A stretch of DNA of 64,000 bases from Felis catus (lineage: Eukaryota): assembly GCF_018350175.1 (NCBI RefSeq), contig NC_058368.1, positions 98,458,001-98,522,000 on the forward strand, written 5' to 3'. Shown piece after piece: positions 37,230 to 49,347 of this stretch (position 1 is the stretch's first letter; each line of letters starts with the position of its first letter). The notes beneath the pieces are model-generated. The model was not told the origin of the DNA. It made no database searches and saw nothing but the letters and a program-made list of their open reading frames with translations. The translations under genes were made by a program, and so were the position numbers.

Positions 37230-38666
37230 AAGAATATATGTCTTTTAAAAGTTCATTAACGTAGGAAAAATTGAAATAAAATATCTTTAATCTGCAGGAG
37301 TTGTCCATTTTGTGAACAACAGAAGAGTTACTTTACAGGAGTCACGGTAGCCAAACGTATTAAACACTCTCTCTAGTTTCAACTATGCAAGTACACAGAG
37401 CAATGTAAGTGTTAAAGGAAGAAGAATCAAGCATCTTACTGAACTAGCCTTCCATTTTCAGTACAATGTATTTCTGTGGGATGGATCGGACTGTTGCACA
37501 TATATTAAATTTGACAGGATACCAGACTGCTTCCATATTTTTACCTTTAATTCAGCACCCTTTTTGATAAATGTGGAGCAGAAAAATACATTTTTTTAGT
37601 TTTTTTTCTGATGGAAAAAATCAATTGAATAATATTTCAAAACTCTGCCATGATCTGGCTTACGTTATTTTATAGATAGCTGGATGGTATTTTAGCCTTG
37701 ACATTTCACTTGTCCTGAAAATAGCAATGATACATGGACTGGCACTACATAGAGCTCCCATTTTTCTTTCCAGAAGAGCAGTGTGATTAGCCTTTTTATC
37801 CACCCAAGACTACCACCTAGGGAGGCTTACATGTCAAGGCCAATACAGCTTTGATGAAGCAGCATCAAAGATATTATGGTTGAAATTGGGAACCAGGTGG
37901 AGGTGGATTGTTTCCCAATGTTGTTGTTCACTCATATCTGTCTCTTTCTGAGATAAGGTTTTGAGAAGGGGCTTTTAACTGGGCTCTACATAGTGTTGAT
38001 GCCCTTTGGAGATAGAAGAAATCCATAGAAGATACATGTGCTAATGATAAGCCATTGATATACCCTGGTGTCACTGAAGTGGCAGGAAACATAGCCTACT
38101 ATGTCAAGCAACAAATACATTTTATCTTCTGACAAAAATTAAAAAAAGGGTTTTAGGATAAAACTCCAAGTTATGCACAACTCCAGAAGGGCATCAAAAT
38201 TGGCCTCAATACAAGCAGAATAGGTATGCAGTAAAACCCATGTTCCTATGAACAGCAGCTAGAGCACTTGATGAGGAAGTCTGGGGGTTACTGACTCTGG
38301 GTGTTTGAATCCGCATGACACTTGATTTATAACTCTCCTTAGTTTGTCTGGGTCCTACACCCTGCCTTAACTGTGTTAACCCTGGTCTTTATCATACACT
38401 CCTGCCTAGAGTGGCCCATGGCCGTATGCACATTCACTTTGGGGCAGTAGTCTCTCATACACATACTTGAGATACCAGAAGAGATCACCACACTTAACAG
38501 ATTACCCAAAGGAGTTTTATCCCCTTGAGTTTCTTCACATTGGAAAATAGAATAATAAACTCATCAATTTCTTCCAGGTTGTCCAGTTTGTTGGCATATA
38601 ATTTTTCATAGTATTCCTTGTTAATTGCTTGTATTTCTGAAGGATTGGTTGTAATAATTCCATTTT

Positions 38667-38896
38667 ATTTTATTTGTTTAATGTTTTTTTTTTTTTTTAT
38701 TTTTGAGAGAGAGAGAGAGAGAGACAGAGTATGAGTAGGGGAGGGGCAGAGAGAGACACACACACACAGAATCCGAAGCAGCTCCAGGCTCTGAGCTGTC
38801 AGTACAGAGCCTGATGCAGGGCTCAAACACACAGACTGTGAGATCGTGGCCTGAGCCGAAGTCTGATGCTTACCGACTGAGCCACCCAGGTGCCCC
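38667..38896 (-). mobile_element. CAN-SINE nested in the inverted arm of L1 copy B
   Basis: 13-bp TSD ataattccatttt (38654-38666 / 38897-38909). Confidence 0.96.
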
Positions 38897-39316
38897 ATAA
38901 TTCCATTTTCATTCGTGATTTTATCTATTTGGGTAATCTCCCTTTTCTTTTTGAGAAGCCTGGCTAGAGTTTAATCAATGTTGTTTATTTTTTCAAAAAA
39001 CTAACTCTTGGTTTCACTGATCTGCTCTGCACTTTTATAGATTATATATTGTTTATTTCTGCTCCGATCTTTATTATTTTTCTCCTGCTGGTGGGTTTGG
39101 GGTGTCTGTGCTGTTCTGCTTCTGTTTACTTTAGGTGTGCTGTTAGATTTTGTATTTGGGATTTTTCTTGTTTCTTGAGTTAGGCCTGGATTGCAATGTA
39201 TTTTCCTCTCAGGACTGCCTTCACTGCATCCCAAAGCATTTGGATTGTTGTATTTTCATTTTCATTTGTTTCCATATATTTTTTAATTTCTTCTCTAATT
39301 GCCTGGTTGACCCATT

Positions 39317-41875
39317 CTGGACAACCTGGAAGAAATAGACAAATTCCTAAGCACTCACCCACTTCTAAAACTCAAACAGGAAGAAACAGACAACGTGAAC
39401 AACCCCATAACCAGTGAAGAAATGGAATCAGTTATCAAAAATCTCCCAATAAATAAGAGGCTGGGACCAGATGGCTTCCCTGGGGAATTCTACCAGACAT
39501 TTAAAGCAGAGATATTACCTATCCTTCTCAAGCTGCTCCAAAAAATAGAAAGGGAAGGAAAACTTCCTGACTCATTCTATGAAGCCAGCATTACTTTGAT
39601 CGCCAAACCAGACAGAGATCCAGCAAAAAAAGAGAGCTACAAGCCAATATCCCTGATGAATATGGATGCAAAAATTCTCAATAAGATACTAGCAAATCGA
39701 ATTCAACAGCATATAAAAAGAATTATTCACCATGATCAAGTGGGATTCATTCCTGGGATGCAGGGCTGGTTCAACATTTGCAAATCAATCAATGTGATAC
39801 ATCACATTAATAAAAGAAAAGATAAGAACCATAGGATCCTGTCAATCGATGCAGAAAAGGCCTTTAACAAAATTCAGCATCCTTTGTTAATAAAAACCCT
39901 CGAGAAAGTCAGGATAGAAGGAACATACTTAAAGATCATAAAAGCCATTTATGAAAAGCCCACAGCTAATATCATCCTCAATGGGGAAAATCTGAGAGCT
40001 TTCCCCCTAAGGTCAGGAACAAGACAGGGATGTCCACTCTCACCACTGTTGTTTAACAGAGTGTTGGAAGTGCTAGCATCAGTAATCAGACAACAAAAGG
40101 AAATCAAAGGCATCAAAATTGGCAAAGAGGAAGTCAAGCTTTCACTTTTTGCGGTTAACATGATATTATTCGTGAAAAACCCGATAGACTCCACCAAAAC
40201 TCTGCTAGAACTGATACATGAATTCAGCAAAGTCGCAGGATACAAAAGCAATGTACAGAAATCAGTTGCATTCTTATACACTAATAATGAAGCAGCAGAA
40301 AGACAAATAAAGAAACTGATCCCATTCACAACTGCACCAAGAAGCATAAAATACCTAGGAATAAACCTAACCAAAGATGTAAAGGATCTGTATGCTGAAA
40401 ACTATAGAAAGCTTATGAAGGAAAATGAAGAAGATACAAAGAAATGGAAGAACATTCCATGCTCATGGATTAGAAGAATAAATATTGTTAAAATGTCAAT
40501 ACTACCCAAAGCTATCTACACATTCAATGCAATCCCAATCAAAATTGCACCAGCATTCTTCTCAAAGCTAGAACAAGCAATCCTAAAATTCGTATGGAAC
40601 CACAAAAGGCCCCGAATAGCCAAAGTAATATTGAAGAGGAAGACCAAAGCAGGAGGCATCACAATCCCAGACTTTAGCCTCTACTACAAAACTGTAATCA
40701 TCAAGACAGCATGGTATTCACACACAAACAGACACATAGACCAATGGAATAGAATAGAAACCCCAGAATTAGACCCACAAAAGTATGGCCAACTAATCTT
40801 TGACAAAGCAGGAAAGAATATCCAATGGAAAAAAGACAGTCTCTTTAACAAATGGTGCTGGGAGAACTGGACAGCAACGTGCAGAAGGATGAAACTAGAC
40901 CCCTTTCTTACACCATTCACAAAAACAAACTCAACATGGATAAAGGACCTGAATGTGAGACAGGAAACCACCAAAACCCTAGAGGAGAAAGCAGGAAAAA
41001 ACCTCTCTGACCTCAGGCACAGCAATTTCTTACTTGACACATCCCCAAAGGCAAGGGAATTAAAAGCAAAAATCAACAATTGGGACCTCATGAAGATAAA
41101 AAGCTTCTGCACAGCAAAGGAGACAATCAACGATAAAAGGCAATCGATGGAGTGGAAAAAGATATTTGCAAATGACATATCAGACAAAGGGCTAGCATCC
41201 AAAATCTATAAAGAGCTCACCAAACTCCACACCCGAAAAACAAATAATCCAGTGAAGATATGGGTAGAAAACATGAATAGACACTTCCCTAAAGAAGACA
41301 TCTGGATGGCCAACAGGCACATGAAAAGATGCTCAACATCGCTCCTCATCAGGGAAATACAAATCAAAACCACACTCAGATACCACGTCACGCCCATCAG
41401 AGTGGCTAAAATGAACAAATCAGGAGACTATAGATGCTGGAGAGGATGGGGAGAAACGGGAACCCTCTTGCACTGCTGGTGGGAATGCAAACTGGTGCAG
41501 CCGCTCTGGAAAGCAGTGTGGAGGCTCCTCAAAAAATTAAAAATAGATCTACTGTATGACCCAGCAATAGCACTGCTAGGAATTTACCCAAGGGATACAG
41601 GAGTGCTGATGCATAGGGCCACTTGTACCCCAATGTTGATAGCAGCACTTTCAACAATAGCCAAATTATGGAAAGAGCCTAAATGTCCATCAACTGATGA
41701 ATGGATAAAGCAATTGTGGTTTATATACACAATGGAATACTACGTGGCAATGAGAAAGAATGAACTATGGCCTTTTGTAGCAACGGGGATGGAACTGGAG
41801 AGTGTGATATTAAGTGAAATAAGTCATACAGAGAAAGACAGATACCATATGTTTTCACTCTTATGTGGATCCTGA
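39317..41875 (+). pseudogene. L1 ORF2 remnant (Z domain, RT, C-terminal domain; no endonuclease); open frame but RT motif FADD reads FAVN
   Basis: 826-aa ORF with [21 protein letters not shown] and YLGINLTK motifs; frame is open back to the inversion junction. Confidence 0.93.
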
Positions 41876-42525
41876 GAAACTTAACAGAAGACCATGGGGG
41901 CGGGGAAGGAGAAAAAAAAAATCAGGGAGGGAACCAAACCATAAGAGACTCTTAAAAACTGAGAACAATCTGAGGGTTGATGGGGTGTGGGAGGGAGGGG
42001 AGTGGGTGATGGGTATTGAGGAGGGCACCTGTTGGGATGAGCAAAGGGTGTTGTATGGAAACCAGTTTTAAAATAAATTTCATATTAAATAAAAAAATAA
42101 ACTCATCAAACAGAATTAGCATTCTTGAGACAGGCAGGCACCAAAATAAGCGTACAAGTCAATCCAAAGCATGCTAAGAGCTCTACTGGACCCAACAGTG
42201 AAGCATAAAGAGACTTATGTTTGTGAAAGATTAATTTGTTTAACTCATGGCTTATTTCCTTTGCATCATATCTGAGGAAAGTTAAATGATTCAAGCTTTA
42301 TTTTTAATTTTTAAAAATCAGATCAAAATGGAGCTCAGATCCACCTTATAAAAAGGCAAGATGGTGGTCAAAGAAGCAGTAATTGTAATAAGGGGTAGTT
42401 TAAAGGGTGTTACCTTTTCCATAGTATCCATTAACATTACCCACCCTCACCCCCCCCACACACACACACACAAACTCATTTAATTTCATCATCCAGATTC
42501 AAGCAGTGTTTTGCTGTGCAATACG

Positions 42526-42740
42526 TTTTTTAAGTTTATTTATTCTGAAACAGGGAAAGAGAGCATGTATGCAAGCAAGGGTGGGGCAGAAAAAGAGGGA
42601 TAAAGAGAATCCCAAGCAGGTTCCATGCGCATTCAGCATGCAGAGCTGGATTGGGTGCTCGAACTCATGAAACTGTGAGATCATGACCTGAGTAGATATC
42701 AAGAGTAGGTAGCTTAACTGACTGAGCCATCCAGGTGCCC
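42526..42740 (-). mobile_element. CAN-SINE
   Basis: SINEC motifs. Confidence 0.9.
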
Positions 42741-43366
42741 ATGCGCAGTACTCTGATACATGTGTTTCCTGTTAATACTAGATCGCCAGCAAGAAAAATG
42801 GAGACTGAAGGAAGGGTGGAGTCCTAGAGGAAGACATAGGGCTCCATTTGCCTTCAAGGTCCCTGCAACTGATTTCTTGTCTCTCTCCTCCTCCTCCTCC
42901 TTTTATTGAGGATATTTACAGACTTGGATAACTATAAGATATTTCCTGTTAATACCCCAGGACATCATCACATACCAACTTTCAGTTCTCTGAGAGCCCA
43001 TCCAGTTTGCCTATTTACCATGGTTATACAAGTGGATGATGCATTGTGAAAGAATTCAAAGTATTTGCTTAGAATGAAATTTTGGGTGAAGTTGCACACC
43101 AAATATTTCAATAAGGAAGTGCTTCTTTCCTCTTGATCCCTCATCATACAGTCTTTGTCTGCTGTAACCCCTGCAAGCAGTGGCCAGTTGCAAATTGAAG
43201 GTAAGATGTCTGCGAGAAACCAGTAATTCTTAACATTGTGGAATCTCACTGTGAGGTGGAGTGGCAAATATATGTGGAAAAGTATGGAGTGGAAGGGAGG
43301 GTTTCTGTGCCTGACTAGGACATTCGTATATTAAGGGGAGGAAAGTCCAAATAAGGAACACATCTA

Positions 43367-43532
43367 GGGGTGCCTGGATGGCTTGGTTGAGTGTCTGACT
43401 CTTGATTTTGGCTCAGGTCATGATACCAGGGCCGTGAGATGGTGCCCCCATATTGGACTCAGCACTGAGTGTGTAGCCTGCTTAAAATTCTCTCTGTCCC
43501 CCTGCCCTTCTCCTCTGCTCACTCACTCTCTC

Positions 43533-43568
<36 letters not shown>

Positions 43569-43778
43569 TGGGGCACTTGATGAGTGGCTCAGTCAGTTGA
43601 GTGTCTGATGTCAGCCCAGGTCATGATCTCACGGTTTATGGGTTCAAGACCCAGGTTGAGCTTTGTGCTGACAGTGCAGGGCCTGCTTCAGATTCTCTGT
43701 CTCCCTCTCTCTCTGCCTCTCTCTCTCTCTCTCTCTCTCTGTCAAAAATAAACATTAAACAAGTAAAAAAAAAAAAAA
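43367..43778 (+). mobile_element. Two CAN-SINEs in tandem (43367-43565; 43570-43778)
   Basis: two SINEC units; degenerate outer TSD ..acatcta / ..atatcta. Confidence 0.9.
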
Positions 43779-44847
43779 GGAAAGGGAGCATATCTATACA
43801 TTAGGTGTGGTTGCAATGGCTAAGTGTGGATGAAGACAGTCTGTCCCCATATTTATTATTAGATTATTTTCCTTTCTCTTCTTCCTTTAATTGAAAATAA
43901 ATATTTGGGTATGTAATTCTTTGCAATAATTTTGAAAAGAACTGTAGCATGGATAATTCAGGGTGTGTTTATATGTGGAGAAAATGTGAAGTTGCCAGTG
44001 GATTCTGTCACCTTTCAGGAAGAAGGCAAATCACACCTTTGGAGAAGAAGCTTGCCATTTTCAGGGATGTTGTTCCCATGGCATCATTGACTTTATCCAA
44101 TGACAGAAGTCTACAATTTCCATAGAAACTGGATGTGACATTGACTGCTAAAAGCACAGTTCCCCCATAGCAGTATCAGTTGAATTAAAAAGGAAAGGTA
44201 AATTGTATTATCAGCTAAATTGTCTTTTCCCAAGCAGTCCACGTTCCCACAGTAATTGCATTTCCTTGTCATAAGCAATTTTATTACACAGTGACCTGCT
44301 GCCCAAGGGAGTGAATTTATAAGAAGACTTGAGATAGAATAATAAAAGCAATGGTAATAATAATAATAGTGATCATCATTATCTAGGTGATTCATCTATA
44401 AAATTAAAAATGGTATTGCTGACTTCATTTGATTGTCAGGGGTAAATATCAATAAGTCTTCTAAAAGGGAAATTTCAAAGAAATAAAAACAGCTACTTTT
44501 TCCTGCTTTTTTTCCTTCTTTCTTTTTTTCCCCACCTTCCTTTGTGTCCCCTTGTTTCTTATTTCCTTAATTTTTTTGTTCTTCCTTCTTCCCTCCTTCC
44601 TCTTTCTCATGCTTCCTTCCTTTTTTTTTTTAATTTTTGAAAAAATTTTTAATGATAGTGTAAAAAATGTAAATCTGATCCAATAACATAGTTGTAATTT
44701 TTTATTGAAGCAATTTTTGACAGTTGCTTTATTTTTTTAACATATTTGCAAATTATTTCAATTTATTTTATTTTAATTATTTTAATAAATTTTATTATTT
44801 TATTTATTTTAATAAATTTCATTTTATTATTTTAATAAATTTTAAAT

Positions 44848-45371
44848 ATGAAATTTATTGTCAAATTGGTTTCCATACAACACCCACTGCTCATCCCAAC
44901 AGGTGCCCTCCTCAATGCCCATCACCCACTTCCCCCCCCCCCCCCCACTCCCCATCAACCCTCAGATTGTTCTCAGTTTTTAAGAGTCTCTTATGGTTTG
45001 GCTCCCTTCCTCTCTAACTTTTTTTTTCCTTCTCCTCCCCCATGGTCTTCTGTTAAGTTTCTCAGGATCCACATAAGAGTGAAAACATATGGTATCTGTC
45101 TTTCTCTGTATGACTTATTTCACTTAGCATAACACTCTCCAGTTCCATCCACGTTGCTACAAAGGGCTATATTTCATTCTTTCTCATTGCCACGTAGTAT
45201 TCCATTGTGTATATAAACCACAATTTCTTTATCCATTCATCAGTTGATGGACATTTAGGCTCTTTCCATAATTTGGCTATTGTTGAAAGTGCTGCTATCA
45301 ACATTGGGGTACAAGTGGCCCTATGCATCAGTACTCCTGTATCCCTTGGGTAAATACCTAGCAGTGTTATT
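44848..45371 (-). mobile_element. Felid L1 copy C: 3' fragment with AT-rich tail extending to about 44750
   Basis: same 3' UTR and ORF2 end as copies A, B and D, in antisense. Confidence 0.95.
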
Positions 45372-46239
45372 CATGCCCTTCTTTCTTCTCTTCCTTCCTC
45401 AGACATCTGTTTTCCCCATTCATATATGAAGAACGTCCAGGATTAAATCGTGTAGTCATAGGGGAACCAGATAGATTGTCTTTTATCCTGACCTGCATTT
45501 CCTGATTTGATCTAAAATACCTGTCTAGTCATTAGTAGTCCATGGCTATAAGAAAAAGAGCTAGATCAAATCCCTTCTAAGGCAACAGAGAATTTGTGGT
45601 ATGCACACATCTGAAGCCACAGCCCTTCTACAAAGTACTCTCACCTTGCCTAATTAGAGAAACTACCAGGGGAGAGCAGAAGCTTTAACAAGAAAGCCAA
45701 GACTGTTCCTTTCCCCATCCAGGAACAGGTTGTTGATTCTACAGGTTGTGTCAGGCTGGAAGAGACTCTGGAAAGAGAACTTGCTGCAAGTTGACTAATA
45801 ACTTGAGTCAGGAATAGGAATAGAACTTAGTTCCTTGCTTTTTGCTTCCATCTGTCTGGCCTCATTCATTTATTTATTCATCCATTTATACAGCAGATAT
45901 TTACTGAGTCCCTATTATTTTCCTCACACCTCCACATGACCCATATATCTGTTACCTTATACTCTCCTTATGATTCTAATGGTCTCGCTGAGAGTTTTCC
46001 AGTGCCTTCTTACTTGTTCTCCTTTCCCCATGAACAACCATCTCCTCCAATCCATCCTGCAAAGTTGATGCATGTCAGCCTTGCTAAGGGGCTGTTTGGA
46101 CAGCTGTTATCCCTTTTTTCCTGAACTTCTAGACCTTCCGGGTTTCATGAAGTAAAACCCAAAATCTTTAGCCTTCAGTTCAGGGCCCTATAATCTGGGC
46201 TCAGTGATTCTACTTTACAAATACCATATTCTTTTTAAA

Positions 46240-46613
46240 TTATTTTTTTTTTAATTCCAGCATGATTCACATACAGTGTTATATTAGTTTCAGGTGTACA
46301 ATAGAGTGATCTGACAATTCTGTATATTATTCCATGGTCATTTTCACCTGTTGTAGCTGTCCCCCCACCCACATCACCTCTGGTGACCATCTGTTTGTTC
46401 TCTATAGTTAAGAGTCTGTTTCCCTTTGTCTCTTTTTTCCTTTCTTTATTTGTTGCTTAAATTTTACATATGAGTGCAATCATATGGCATTTGTCTTTCT
46501 CTGACTTTTTTCACTTAGCATTACACCTTCTAGATCTATCCATGTTGTTTCAACTGGAAAGATTTCATACTTTTCTTTTATGGCTGAATAATAATCCATT
46601 AAACACACACACA

Positions 46614-46660
<47 letters not shown>

Positions 46661-47190
46661 TGCACTTTTTTATCCATTCATCTGTCATTGGACACTTAGG
46701 TTGCTTCCATATTTTGACTATTGTAAATAATGCTGAGGTAAACATAGAGGTGCATGTATCTTTTCAAATTAGTGTTTTCATATTCTTGGGGTAAATACCC
46801 AGTGGAATTACTGGATCATATGGTAAATCTATTCTTAATTTTTTGAGAAACCTCCATAGGATTTTCCACAGCAGCTACACCATTTTGCCTTCCTACCAAC
46901 AGTGCATGAGGATTCCTATTTCTCCATATCCTCATCCATGCTTATTGTTTCTTGTATCTTTTATTTTAGCTATTCTGATAGGTGGGAGGTGATATCTCAT
47001 TGTGGTTTTGATTTGAGTTTTTCTGATGTTGAGCGTTTTTTTCATCTCTCTCTTGGCCATCTGGATATCTTTGGAGAAATGTCTGTTTGTATCTTCTGCC
47101 CATTTTTTAATTGGAGTTTTTTGGGAGGTTTGGTGTTAAGTTGTGTAACTTCCGTATATATTTTGGATACTCTCCCTCATTGGATATATC
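46240..47190 (-). mobile_element. Older carnivore L1 3' fragment with embedded (CA)n at 46603-46658
   Basis: L1 3' UTR (catacagtgttatattagtttcaggtgtaca) and ORF2 end. Confidence 0.85.
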
Positions 47191-47510
47191 ATCAAATATC
47201 CTATTCATACGCCTATCAAACTATATGTTCTTCCTTCTCCCTGCCCTCTTTTACTTTTCCTGCCTTTATGTCGTACTGTTTGCCTGAAATGCTGTTTCAC
47301 TCACAGATCATTTGGCCTTTTTACTTCTTTTTTTTTTCAGACGAACTAGAATTTATTTGTATAAATTCTGTGATGAATCCTTTTATAAAACAATTTTCTG
47401 ATTCCATAAATCACTTGCTAGTTTGAAATTTCTGATGTCAGATTTTGTCTCAAAATAAAGATTGGGTCAGGGCAGTTCTGAAAAAAAGTTTGGGGTCATA
47501 ATGGACTGAA

Positions 47511-47582
47511 GCAGTGCTACAATCTTTTCTCTAAAGGGCTAAAAATAGTAAATAGTTTTGGCTTTGTGGGTCTTTAGGTCGG
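47511..47582. mobile_element. MER58A-like fragment truncated by an L1
   Basis: ttttctctaaagggct..atagtaaatagttttggctttgtggg. Confidence 0.55.
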
Positions 47583-48065
47583 GTGCATTTTTATTTTATT
47601 TATTTTACTTTTAAAAATTCACTTATTTAAATTCTAGTTATAGACAGTGTAGTACTGGTTTCAGGAATAGAATCCAGTGATTTATCACTTATATATTACA
47701 CACAGTGCTCATCCCAACAAGTGCTCTCCTTAATGCCCATCACTCATTTACCCATTTCCCCACCCATCTCCCCTGCAGCAACCCTTAGTTTGTTCTCCAT
47801 CTTTAAGAGTCTCTTGGTTTGTCTCCCTCTCTGTTGCTAACTTATTTTTTCTCTTCTTTCCCTATGTTCATCTGTTTTGTGTCTTAAATTCCACATGTGT
47901 AAAGTCACGTGATATTTGTCTTTCTCTGCCTCACTTATTTTGTGTAGCACAATACACTCTAGTTCCATCCACATTGTTGCAAGTGGCAAGATTTGATTCT
48001 TTTTGATATATACCACCTGTTCTTTTGATTCATACCACATCATATATACATATACATATACATAC

Positions 48066-48098
<33 letters not shown>

Positions 48099-49347
48099 CA
48101 CCACATCTTCTTTATCCATCCATAAGTTGATTTGGGCTCTTTCCATAATTTGGCTATTGTTTATTATTAATAATTTGGATATTGTTGATTGGCTATAGTT
48201 GATTATTGACAATGTTAAAAATATTGGGGTACATATTCCCCTTTGAATCAGCATTTTTGTATCCTATGGATAAGTACCTAGTAGTGCAATTTCTGGGTCA
48301 TTGGGTAGTTCTATTTTTAATTTTTTTAGGAATCTTCATACTATTTTTTAAAGTAGCTGTGCCAGTTTACATTCCTACCAACAGTGTAAAAGGGTAACCC
48401 TTTCTCCATATCTTTGCCAACATCTGTTGTTTTCTGAATTGTTACGATACCTTTGAATAAACCTTACTGAAGAGGTTAAAGATCTGTATGCTGAAAACTG
48501 TAGAAACCTTATGAAAGAAATTGAAGAAGGCATAACGAAATGGAAAAACATTCCACGTCCATGGATTGGAAGAACAAATATTCTTAAAATGTCTATGTCA
48601 CCCAAAGCAATCTATACATTCAATGAAATCCCTATCGAAATAACACAAGTATTCTTCATAGAGCTAGAAAAATCAATCCTAAAATTTGTGTAGAAGCACA
48701 AAAGACCCCAAATAGTCAAAAAAATCCTGAAATAGAAAACCAAAGCTGGAGGCGTCACAATTCTGGACTTTAACCTGTATTACAAAGCTGTGATCATCAA
48801 GACAGTATGGTATTCACACAAAAACAGACACGTAGATCACTGGACCAGAATACGGAAACCCAGAAATAGATGCACAAATGTATGGCCAACTAATCTTTGA
48901 CCAAGTAGGAAAGAGTATCCAATGGAAAAAAGACAGTCTCTTCAGCAAATGGTGTTGGGAAAACTGGGCAGCAACATTCAGAAGAATGAACCTGGAACAC
49001 TTTCTTATACCATAAACAAAAACAAATTCAAAATGGATGAAAGACCTACGTGTGAGACAGAAACCCATCAAAATCTTTTTTTTTTAATTGTGCCTTTATT
49101 GCACTATCAAACATCATTTTTTTCTTTTTTTTAAATATGAAATTTATTGTCAAATTGGTTTCCATACAACACCCTTTGCTCATCCCAACAGGTGCCCTCC
49201 TCAGTACCACCACCTACCTACCCTTCCCTCCCACCCTCCCCATAAACCCTCAGATTGTTCTCAGTTTTTAAGAGTCTCTTATGGTTTGGCTCCCTCCCTG
49301 ATTTTTTTTTTCTCCTTCCCCGCCCCCATGGTCTTCTGTTAAGTTTC

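Larger units (their letters stand above)
38568..42095 (+). mobile_element. Felid L1 copy B: 5'-truncated with 5' inversion (38568-39317 antisense; 39317-42095 sense)
   Basis: 14-bp TSD aataaactcatcaa at 38554-38567 and 42096-42109; ORF2 on both strands; 3' UTR and A tail. Confidence 0.96.

Noticed and set aside
37299..37404. ctgcAG..aatGTAAGT exon-like interval
   Set aside because: Stops in all three frames and a weak pyrimidine tract.
37774..37896. tttttctttccAG..ccagGTGGAG exon-like interval
   Set aside because: Stops in all three frames and a weak donor.
39949..41418. Antisense ORFs of 70-172 aa over L1 ORF2 (also 50147-51269)
   Set aside because: By-product of L1 codon composition, seen at equivalent positions in each copy.
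48140..48212. Triplicated ttggctattgttgat-like unit in the older L1
   Set aside because: Local slippage within a dead repeat; no sign of function.
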